Shown here in pieces: positions 37,213-49,200 of a stretch of DNA of 64,000 bases. Numbering within the stretch: position 1 is the first letter of the stretch; each line of letters starts with the position of its first letter. The position numbers and the translations under genes are program-made. The stretch lies in NCBI GenBank assembly GCA_002633005.1, contig NMRA01000101.1, forward strand, positions 310,001 through 374,000, written 5' to 3'. The notes below the pieces were generated by a model. The model had not been told where the DNA came from. It was given only the letters and a program-made list of their open reading frames with translations, and did no database searches. This DNA is from Phoronis australis. Lineage: Eukaryota; Animalia; Phoronida.

Positions 37213-40200
37213 CTGTAACAATAATGTGCATATTTTGTAAAAATGCTGGATACGAACTGGGAGATAAAGAGGGCTAAAATTCACGTGAAAACGACTTTTT
37301 GCAGCGAATCCTAATCTTTGGTCGAAGTACAAATAATCCCTGACGCCGCGTGTCCGTTTGTTCTGTAACAACATCCACGGAAATTTTCAATCTGTGTCCA
37401 CTGAATAGCCGTGGATGTCAAACAGTCTACTTCAGCCAAAGTTAATTTTGCCAGTGGTAAGTAGAGGTGTTCATCTAATGTTCGTAAAGTCTTTTCCAGG
37501 TTCATCAACGTTCAACTTTGGTGGAAAGTCTGATCGTTTTCCACGTTCCAATCTTAGTCTTTAAAGTGTGTAAATTTCAATGTGACAGACATGACCAAAA
37601 CGTGTGAAAGAAAAATCAAAAATGTTATTGGGTTATTTTTTAATATGTTTTAATATGAAAAAAGTTATTTTTCCTAATTCTTTTAAAAATAAAAAGCAGT
37701 CGATCATGATATCTCAGTGTAAACTATTACAGGCATAAAGTGATTATATTTTTTCTTGTACTTCGTTTTTGATAATTAGCGAATTTGTACCAAAGAGTTG
37801 CGTACCTTTGTTACCCAATATGTTTTCACTGGTGGGTAAATTATTTTTAACTTATTGTGTCCTACATTAATATAGAACCTTTTCGATTTACACTCTTCGA
37901 TAAGTTTTCATTGAAGCATATATTATTTAAAGGCGTACTTTTTTGTCCGAATTTATGCCCGGGGTTTTCACGGGTTGGTTTGGGTTCATCTCCGGATCCG
38001 TGTCCGTGAGGGGGTCTTGTCATGCGCTCCTCTGTAACAATAAATGCGCACATTCTTAAAACACTGTGTGAGGAAAGATTCAAAACAGACGTCTTACTTC
38101 AGTTGGAGATATCGACGATTACTCAGACCACTGCTTCGTGAGGTGGGTCCAGATGTATGACCTCACGCTCGAAATAACTATTTAAGAGAAAATAATTAAA
38201 TCTCAATTAAGCAAAAGTGTACAGTCTCTGAGAATTTACACATAACTGCTTGTTACTGAAATAATTTCTTTAAATTACTTCAAAACTGTGATGCGCTCAT
38301 AACTACTTGGCTCAACTTTTTGCATCAATTGTTAAGTGGGACCGTGTTGAGATTTAAGTCACTTTCATGAAACATACCTGTGGCGTTTTAAAACCTATCA
38401 CACCCATGAAAGGTGCTAATTTCCTGAATTATAATAGAAAGTTTTCTACTTATGGTCCCCCATAAGTTTTCACTAAGGCGGAAATTATTTCAAGGTTAAC
38501 GTTTGTGTCCAAATTTATGCCCGAAAAAGCTAACGTGTTAGTAGACATGGCATACTGGCGCTGGGTATATTCATACGTCACACTCATGTCTGTGGAGCTA
38601 AGAAACTTTCACTCGAAGTCGTTTTTCTTCTATTTCTTATTTTTGGGTTATTGAGTTCACTATTGTGATATCCAGTGTTGTAGAGAAAGGGTTAATGATG
38701 CAGACATTGTCACTTGTCAAAACAAGGTAAGAAGTGGGCTTTGGGCACTGTAAACGCTTGGTAGTTATCAGTGAATAATGAAAGCTGAAAATTTACATCA
38801 GGAGAAGACTGGAGTGCCTTGAAAATGACCAAACAAATGATAATTAGCAAACATTCTGAATTAGAGAAAATTACGGGCCTTGGTTCCCCCATACGCTGCC
38901 AAGAAGTTCATTATTTTAGTACTTACTTTTCTGTCCTAGTTTAAGACCGGGGTGTTTGCGAGTTGGTTTGGGTTCATCTCCGGATCCATGGCCGTGAGGG
39001 GGTCGCGTCACGCGTTCCTCTGTAACGATTAATTACGCGCATGTTCTTCAAACGCTGGATCAGAAAATCGTGAATAAAAGAAATATGGGTATATTGAATA
39101 TCGTTTTACGACCAAACGTCAAGTTATGCACAGCACTTAATAATACTCAAAAATCCTTAAGTGCAGTTTAAGTATATTCGAAGACTGTGTTGTCTTGAAA
39201 GTGAAAAGGTTCAAACCTGCCTATGTATATTGTAAAAATCTTAAATGGATAGAGTATTGAACGTTTATATTCCTTAATTGCATTTCTCTAATATTTAGCT
39301 GCCAAAAACGAAAAATGAATTGAGTCGTAAAGTCCGTCGCTTAATGTAATTCCTTACGGTGACAGGACTTGGGCACGTTACCAATAAGAGCATAAAAAGC
39401 ATAATCGACTCGTGGAACGCTTCAAAATCTACAGGATTTGGCCAACCACAGATAGCGAATTCCAAAATGGCGAATGAATGTATTGCCTGCCGACTAATTT
39501 GGCAACATTTCAAGATCGGATGAGAGTGTTTTATCATTAAAGTGTTTTAAACCTTAAAATGTGCATGTGAAGACTTAAACATTGAAAGCTCAAACAGCGG
39601 CGAAATGCTCCTTTTTAAAAGGTTTTAGAACAATCAGTTTTTACATTTCTGTCCATATTTGTGCCCGGGGTGTTTGCGCGTTGGTTTGAGCTCATCGCCC
39701 GATCCATGACCGTGAGGAGGCCGTGTCGCACGTTCTCATCTGATAAGTTAATAGCGACACAGTGGCCAGCTGTACTGCACACGTGATAGAAATAGAGATG
39801 TTCTTTTTGTTTTCTCCTGGGTAAAACATTAAAAAATTCTAATAACAGTTTGCACTTATTAAGTTAAAATTTCGTTTTAAAATAGGATTTATACCCGGAA
39901 CTGTTGAGAACACAGACTGTACTATGATTGTACTTGCTATTTTGTTTCAACTGTTCTCTCAAATAAGCGATGGTCGAGGCGTACGTTTCCAAAATGATGT
40001 AAGGTATGTAAATGGTTTCAAGACAAAAACTTTCTATTGAGACCACCAGGCATACCACTGATGATACACAAACGTTAAAATTTTCACTTATACTCTCCTA
40101 CGCGTGTTTGTGGATTGGCTCGGTCGGACTAGGGAAAAGCACTTTTGATTGTTGATCTATTGGGTCTTCACTATGGCTAAGCACTTGCGAAGGGAAATGA

Positions 40201-43200
40201 GACCCTGCTGGAAATGCATGAACTCGACAATTACGCCTGAAATTGACCTAACTGAACTAAGAATTCTTACTTTTGTGCCCGAGTTTCCGACCGTGGCCAT
40301 CTTCATCATCATCATCATCGACGTCGTCGTCACGTGCGCATCTTCCTCGCTTGATTGAGTGATCGGCACATTGGGCTTTAGAGAAGGCACACCTGTGAAA
40401 ACACAAGTAAACAGAAATAAAGGCTTGCCTGATGAACGCCGTGGAAGCAAATTCAATTAAACTAAATTAAATCCGCGTGTATTCCCAAAACATTAGCGTC
40501 TTTTTACCACTCTCGTTACTATGCGGCGACATCTTTGAAACCGAGCATTGTTTTTTTTTGGAATAAAATCGTTATTGATGGCGAATTAGCGCTCCTGATT
40601 ACACACATGAGAGTGCGGTCGAAAATAATTAATTTCAAGAGGAAGATTCACGTCAGTTAACTTGATTTTGACTCAACATATTTACTGCAATTAGTCATCT
40701 CTGCTATTGTCATCGTCATTGTCACCATCATTTTCGTGGTTCGTCATTGTTAGTGCTGATGCTGTCAGTTCTGAAAAAGTGGAAACAAATGTATAAAGGC
40801 GCGGGAAAACATGGACCATTACATACCTGTTGGTATATTCCTTTCCGTCCTTGTCGCATACTTTCTTGTCGCCAAATTTGGCGCAGTCAACCTTCTGCAT
40901 ATTGGTGCACATGCGAGATACAGGATGTGTGCGTGTAGGCTTTGGTTCTTCACCTGAGCCGGGCGGAGGGCGCGTGCCACGAGGGTGTTCTAAAAATGTG
41001 AGCACATTCTTTTCAAGCAAATGACATTTGCAACTTGTGTATATAATGCCAATTTATTTTAGAAAATTTATCATGATTTTTTTCGTAGAAGTCATCGGAT
41101 GGCGGCAAGTAGACTTTATAAAGGCTACCTAACAGAATGAAACAGGCCTATTTTTTATGCTCAGTTGTAAGTTTTCAAGGGTACACTTCTCGGGCAACGT
41201 CTACTTTTTATTTTAGTGCGCACATCACGTTATCAGGTTCTTAAGTAAAAATATACTTACTACGAGGATGTTCATCAAAAAGATCGTCATCATTATCGTC
41301 AACGTCTTCTTTCTTGCACTTCACCCGCTTTATGGTCTTGTCAGCACACTTTGCAACGGTAAAGGCGCACCTGTGAATTACAAAAGTGACATGCAACTCC
41401 AGTAAAGTGGAATTTGTTCACTTTATCACCTGGCGTCTACGAGCCTTGCATAGTTCGTGCGATGCTGTGTTTGTATTTGAGAGGCGCACGTCCCTATGGG
41501 TATCTAGTGACGAGGTGTTCGTTGTAGGGCGGCCGATGTGTTTGCAATATCCTGTAAAACTGTTGAAATGCGTTCCATGAATAGCAAATTCAAGGTGCTT
41601 GTTGAAGGGAGACGGATTTGTTCTACAATGTCCCTAAAAGCTATTGAAGTACGTTCCATAGATAATAAATTAAATCAGAAGTTTTAATAGATTTTCCAAG
41701 ACTCACGTACATCTAAAACCAATAAATCCTTGATGTGATGAATTGTCTCGGACAACCTTTTGAGTTTTCTGCAAAAGGGTTGCAAGATTTTTTTTAAATC
41801 TGTATTTTCAAGAAAGGAATCAGTGGGCTTCCCTAGAAGACAATTTAAAAAATGCTTGACCGTGAATGGGAAAGCCGCGAGGAGTATGGGTGTCGGGACC
41901 CCACAGGCGTCTAGGGGAATTCGGAGAAAACAAGAAAAAACAGATCATGCATCCGATGTCAAAACTCGGGGAAGACATAAGGGAAGCGGCCTCAATCTTG
42001 ATCAAAATACGCCGAAAGGTGAAAAACATTGTAAGCGGGGGAGCGGGTGGAATTGGCGGCGAATTAGGGGGAAGAAAACCTCCCTACATCTATACTTTTA
42101 CAAGCTGTAGGCGTGAAGTAACGAGAATTCTGTTTTCTGGTAAGCCGTCACTTAAATGGTAGCCTGGTAGCTGGTATAGTTTTCGAGTTAAACTTATTGA
42201 AAAATCGCAGAAATTTTAGAATACAAGTGTTAATGTTTTGAGGACCTCGAAATCCGTAAAAACTTACATTGGAACAATCCTAAAAATCAGACAATCTGAC
42301 ACTTAATAAATTAATCTTTCTAAATAACAATCTTCAAGCCGAGATGCCATTCTCCGGATTTTTTGGGTGAAAGTTTTGATAGTTTTGGCATTGTGACATT
42401 ATCGAGTATATTGTGTGAGCTCATATGTGTACTTCACAAATAGTGGTTTAATTTTAAGTTTGTTATTGCATGGTTTTTGATAAATTTGCCCGTTCCTCAT
42501 TGTTCCCACCGCGAGGCCTCTGCAATGACTTTCCATTGGATGCTGTGGAGACAATTGTTTTCTTTTTTGCCCGAAAATTCCACAACTTGTGCCCCGAATC
42601 TAGATGACAATTGCCCACTATCAATTTCCCACCCCCTATATGATTAAAATATATATGTTTAAACAATATCTACCTCTGCTCTTCTTCTTATCTGTCTAAA
42701 ACACACAGAAAGCCTGTATACTTACTTGTTTCTGTACTCATTGCCGTTACTATCGCAAAATTTCTTTTCCGGTAAGGCGGCGCAGTCAACTGTCTTCATT
42801 CGGCGGCACAAGGCTTTCGAGAATAAACCTCCAGTTGGCTTTGGTTCGTGGGTGGGTTTTGGCTTATGTGTTGGTTTTCCAGAGCCGTCCTCACAGTCAC
42901 CCGTTTCCAATGTCGGGTCAACACATTGGGCTTTTTTAAATGCACACCTGTAATGAAAACGACATAGTGAATATGGAAAAACAGATAGACTAGAGGTTAC
43001 AAAAGACAACAAAAATATAAATTGTTATTTTTAACGCAAACCTGCATCTTGCCCTCAGCTGTTTAGTTGTAAATTTTGAATTCTTAACCGAAGCACTTAG
43101 GGTTTTAACATCACCAGGCTTATCTGATTTTGAAGTATTGCCGAGTGGCCGACAACAGATGTTACAGGCAAAGCGCACACGCGCCATTTCGGGATCCGCA

Positions 43201-46200
43201 ATTTTAGAATTGGGCAACCCCAATAAACTCTGAAGCGGTTTCTTGAGTCGCTGACCATTTCAATATTCCTGTTGGCAATACGACCCTGACACAGTAACGA
43301 ATATTACAAACCGAATTTATGAGAATAAAAGGCCTAATTCAATTTTCGTTTTTTCCAGCTACACAAGACGAAATGCAGCGTTAAATAGTTACGTAACAGT
43401 CATTGGACAGTTTCTAAATAAATGCTTAACACAACTTGCCTGTTCCTGTACTTCTTTCCAGTTTTGTCGCAAACTACTCTCCTGTGAAAAATGCTGCAGT
43501 CCGTTTTTTCCAGTGTGGTACACTTTTGTTTTTTGGCTTCTATAACAAGAAGTTGTATTACAGAGAGTTTTGCAGAACTAAAGCCTAGCTTTCCGACAAA
43601 GGAACTATAGAATGTTTGCAACGAAAACAACTAGAAGTAAAATCCGAAATAAGGCTCAGATTAAGGTTGTAGTGCATTCATTTTTTTGATAAATTTAAAC
43701 AAAAAGTTATCACCTGACTCAAACAGTGACATAAGTTTTCTGCATGTCTTGATCTTATTACTCTCTGATGACGCAGGCATGCTTAAAAAATAGGTCATAA
43801 TGGTTTTTCCGACAGATGTCGACGTCAGTCATGTACTTTTCGGTGGAGAGAGGGGACTGAAGCACTACATCACCTCTGGATCCGCCTCCATCCGCCTTCG
43901 GTATGTAGTGTAGAATTGAAATGTTACGTATTTGGTATAGAATTATGCAATCTCCTGTCCATCATTGAGAAAAAAAATTCAACAGCACAACTTGATCGAT
44001 AACTGTTACTAATGTTTTTTAGGTGTGTCAGTTTAAGGTTTTGCTTCGTTTTAGTGTTGATTGACCATAAAATCAAAACTGTAAACACTAAAACAAGGAG
44101 GCAATTGTGTCTACATACCGCCATTTTTTTCATCAAATAGGTCATTATCGTCACCGTCGTCTTTCTTGCACTTGGCCTTCTTGAGGTCCTTGTTGGCGCA
44201 CTTTGCTGATGAGAAGGCACACCTGAGAACATCAGACAACTAAATATTATACAGAGAAAATTTCCAACGCCATTTGTTTGAAATACATGTAGGGCTAGCA
44301 ATGATATTGGAACAGGTCCAGATTTCATTGATGAGAAGACACGATTTTTTAAAAGCTCTCTAGCTCTGTTTCATGAAATCAGAAATTTGGCCTTACGTTC
44401 AATCTTCACGACCACTGAACAAAAATAGCCTTGTAATTATTAGTGTATCAGAATCTAGAAATAATTTATGTTAGTAACTAGCAGTTAGGACTATATTCTC
44501 AGAGGCTTTGTACTTTTATTAGTGAGATTTAATACTTTTCATGAAACCGACCTCTGAAATAACAATAGCTAACAGACTTTTGGATTTCATCAGTGTCCAG
44601 GCTAGACCACATCAATGACATTTATAGAGTTTGTAAGCGTCCCACTCTAGTTTTATTTAAGATTGAAGTTGCAGTTTTGGGCGTTTGAAAAGTAACGCAT
44701 GCAGTCTCGCTTTAAAAACACTTGTACCGGTGTCCAAAAGCTTACTTTGGAGCGAGTTGATATGCGTTTTGGTCTCTAACCCTTTCTCCCTGATTAATGC
44801 AATTTGGGTTTTATTTGTTTTTACTTATGACTCTTCCTTTGAGTAACAGTTCAGTGATTTATATTTTGTTCATATTTATATCTACGTGGTAGCAAGTTAC
44901 CAGCCGCATGCCCCACGTTTGTACGGCACCACGATGCGCGGGAAAGCTATCGGGCTACTCATTCGTACAAAATACATTTCTTCTAGTCCTACGCACTCAC
45001 TTGTTTCTGTAGACGTTGCCGTCCTTATCACAGACTTTCTTCTCAGGTAAAGCAGCACAGTCAACGGTCTTCATTTTGAGACACATGCGTTCAAATCCGC
45101 TCATTCTTGTCGGCTTCGGTTCATGGGTAGGCTTTGGCTCTCGAGTGGGTTCTCCTGAACCTTCCTCGCAGCGTTCCCGTTCCAAAGTCTGGTCGATGCA
45201 CTTAGCCTTATTGAATTCACATCTACATAAGCAAGCGAAGATCATCAGTGCAAAAGATTTATAAAAATTGTAAATCTGCTATATGGTAAGCTAATTTTAG
45301 ATTGCTGAGACAATTGTACAATCTTGTTGCCAAGAGGAGTTTTTTACGAACATTTGCAGACAATTATCCAAGGAGGATGACGTACTTATTTCTGTATTTG
45401 TTGCCGTTTTTGTCGCAAACAACCTTTTCTTTTTCTTTAGCACAGTCTGCCTTGGCTACCTTTTCACACTGCTTTTGATTTTTGTCCTCTGAAAACACAA
45501 GCAATATTCTTATACCAGCGTATGCTTACTAACATACAGAAGTCTTGATATTTGAATTGACATGTCAGTTGCTTTAAAAACCTATTTTGTTAAGTAGGTA
45601 GGTCGTCGGTCTTCAAATTCAATTTTAATTCCCTCGAAAAGTCTGTATATTTAGTAAGGTATCTTCAAAACTGTAAATTTTAACACAGAAAGAAAAACTA
45701 TATATTTTACAAAAGTAGAAAGCCTGGGGAGTTTTATTTTTAAAGTGCAATTAATTGATTTACGTGACCACATATCTTACTTAAATTAAGCAAAAAGGAA
45801 GACACACCCGTAGCAAAACAACAGTATCAATTGAACACCAAATTTCATTAAATGAATTAGAAATATTCAAGATGATATCTCAAAAGCCCTGATACAATCT
45901 TCTAAATTGCCGTTTCGTTATATAAAACTTGCTTTTACGAAAATTATAAAAGTAATATTTTAATTGCTTCTCATTTTATGGAGACCTGTGCATGAAGCAA
46001 AATATCTTAAAGTCTCATCTGAGTCCGATCACTCGTTTCTGACATGATGTTCCGATGTTGACCAAATTTGGACAATTTATAGGGTTTTGCGTCGTCAAAC
46101 AATCTGACGTTAAGATGACGAGCTATAGTTTTATTTTCAAGTGACTGCAAATTTTCTGGCTGAAATTATTACCTTGATTTAAGTGCCGGAACTACTGACA

Positions 46201-49200
46201 ATGGGAGAAATTCCACCGATTCCATTTCATAACCGAAGATTTCTCACCCAAACACAGCCCTGAGGGTGAGTTTCGCAAGACACTTGTTAATAACATCTTG
46301 CCCTCCAGACTGGTTTGAAACAATGCAGTTATACAGAACATTTCATGCAATTCAAAATCAGACTGCATCAGAAAATATGCGTTGGCGGAACAAAGAAAGC
46401 ACCATTAAGTCATGATTCCGAGAGAGAGAAAGTGCGCGTATTGAACTCTAGAAAGCGTAACATAGATACCTACTTGCAGTAATAGGGCCCAGGAGAAGTG
46501 ACGAGATTTGGGGTACCACAGAGTGTTATATTACAGAAATGTCCTCCGTCTACTGGTACCATTCCCCGTGCCTTCAGTTTTTGTTAAATTGGAACAAAAT
46601 GTCATCACGTGAAGAAAGTATGCGTTTTACTGCGTTAAATTCTGAAGTTCTGCGTATACGTGCATTTGACTAAATGCGCATACTTGTTGATAAGTTACTT
46701 ATGCTTAATAAGGTAGAAATGATCGACTTGTCCTAATATGTTTGTATCGGTATTTGATTCAAACCTTTCTCTTTCTCATCAAAGAGTGAGTCGTCAGTCT
46801 TGCACTTGGACGGAGTTATGTCCTTGTTGGCGCATTTAGCTTTCTTAAACGCGCACCTGAAATAATCGAATTCATAGTTTGTCACACTGGAGCAGCGTTA
46901 TCATGCTATGAAGTTTTATAAAATTATGCAAAATTCTATTTTTGCTGATAATTTCATTACCAAGCACTTCAGGCAGATTATTTTAACGTTTTAACCCATC
47001 TTTTCATGGTCAGCAAATTTAATAGTAACCGTTTTTTCTTGGATGCATCGTTACTTTGCATAATTTATGCAAATTAAGGCCGCCAATATTCAAAATTCTT
47101 CTTTTGCTTATAGCTGAAGTACCAGGCACCACAGGTAAACTATTTTACCGTCTGCAGCCATGATTTTGTGGTTAATTAATTCAATGAAATAGGTTTGCTA
47201 GTTGTTGTATGATATATTTACATAATTTACATAAATAAAGGGCACCAGTATTCGAAATACTGTTTCTGCTCATAACGTCCTTACGAGCATTGCATGTAGG
47301 TGGTTTTTGTATCACATCTCATGTTTTCATGGTCATCATGAATTTGGATACTTAATGATTTACACTAACTACAGCTGTCAATATTCAAAATTCTACTTGT
47401 GCTTATAACTGCTGCATCAGACACCAGCATTTTCAAGGTCACAGCGAGAAACGTTGAGGCTATATCTCTTCATGGATTGCACGAAAATCAATTTTTGAAA
47501 ATAAAATAAAAATATTCTTTTTGAAAATTCTGTTAGTTTTTAGTGATTGTTTTCTGATAGATTGGAAATCAACTGGCTCATCTTTACACACAAAAAATCG
47601 TTACAACATCTAATTATACCGTAAAAATGTTTACATAACAAGACCACGGTGGACAATTTAGTGACCTATGTGACAAATGCTTGTCTTATTGTGACGTGAG
47701 TATGAAGAAGGTGCGAGTGAAATAGTGTAATTTTTGCGTCTAACATTTTAAAAATTACTCACATACAATAACACTAACATGGCTTTTCAATACTGAATCA
47801 CCGCACTAGAGATTTTGTATTCTATATCTTACCAGTTTTCATATTCCGTGCCCTCAGAATCACAAACTTTCTTTCCACGGAAAACCTTGCAGTTTGTCTT
47901 TTGGAGACGACGACACTGTATGTTGAGGGTTTTGCCTCCGCGGGTGGGTTTGGCAGCGGTGGTCTCGGGCTCGTCAGTCGGGGGTCTGGTGGGGACAGGA
48001 CAACGGGCTTTCTCCAAGTCTGGGTTTGCGCAGCGGGCTTGGGCAAACTGACATCTGCAATGTCAAAGACAGTATTGTGACACCACGAATGACTAGAAGA
48101 TGGATTGGTTTGGTAGATATTGCTTCCGTTATTCACTAATGGACCGCCTATGATAGCGTAGAACCATTCTCTAGCTCACCAGTCGGTGTATGCACAACAC
48201 TGACATTGCCACAATGAGCAGCACTAGCTGCTATCAGAGCCCGATGTTCTTTGACAAAAGAAGCGTTGGAATTAAGACTTCATATTCATTGATATAGCTT
48301 ACCAATGTAGGTTCAATCTCTTAATGCAAGACGTGACTGCTAACCATCGAGTGTTCTACAGGGAACATATATTAAAAATGCAAAATTTGCCATAACTCTT
48401 ATGGGTTGTAAACATTTCCTTCGGCATCACACAACCGCCACCGAGATTTGTACTTGGCGCAATCTTTCTTCATAACTTCAGCGCAACGTGTCGAGAACTT
48501 GTCGCCTGATCCTTCCGTGGACGTGAGGTTCACGCAGCGAGCAACCTTAAGAGTGTTGTCCGCCCACTTAGCTTTTGCAAACGCGCACTTGAAAGAATAA
48601 ATGTCGACGACTTTTACGTGACTGTTGCATTCTTGTGTATTCAGAAGTGAAGATCTAGTTCTCACGCTCTCACGTACTACAGCTTTCGCGAACTGTACAA
48701 ACGAAAAATATATTCACGTGGAGCACGAACTAGATATCCGATGAGCTTCAGATATCCCAATATAAACTTTTCTTTATCGAGTGCAAGCTGACTGTAGCTG
48801 TAGTAAGTCAGTCGTTATCACGCAAGTGATGCTAGTTGGGATTGCATAATACTTTACCATCAAAACTCTTAAAATCGCATGTAACATCAGCATACACGCT
48901 GCTAAACTTACCTATTGGCGTATTTGTTGCCGTTTTTGTCGCACACCTCCTTGTCCTTCAATTTGGCACAATCAACCTTGGCAATACGAGCACACATGGT
49001 CTTCTTTTTGTCTGTTACAATATATTTGAAACTCTTCATTATTACTCTGTTTTTGATATTATGACTCTCTGAAGACACAGGTGGGCTTCAAATAGGGATC
49101 ACAATGGTTTTCCTACAAGTGACGACGTTCATCATGTATTTCTCGTGGCAAGAGGGGAGTCAGTGCGTAAATACTACATCACCCCCTGGATCCGCCTTCG

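Noticed and set aside
41760-42162. Overlapping 98-116-aa ORFs in a Kazal-gene intron
   Set aside because: No motif; looks like a purine-rich repeat insertion
46890-47450. Cluster of ATGCAAAT octamer-like motifs
   Set aside because: Part of a diverged ~150-bp interspersed or tandem repeat rather than a supported enhancer
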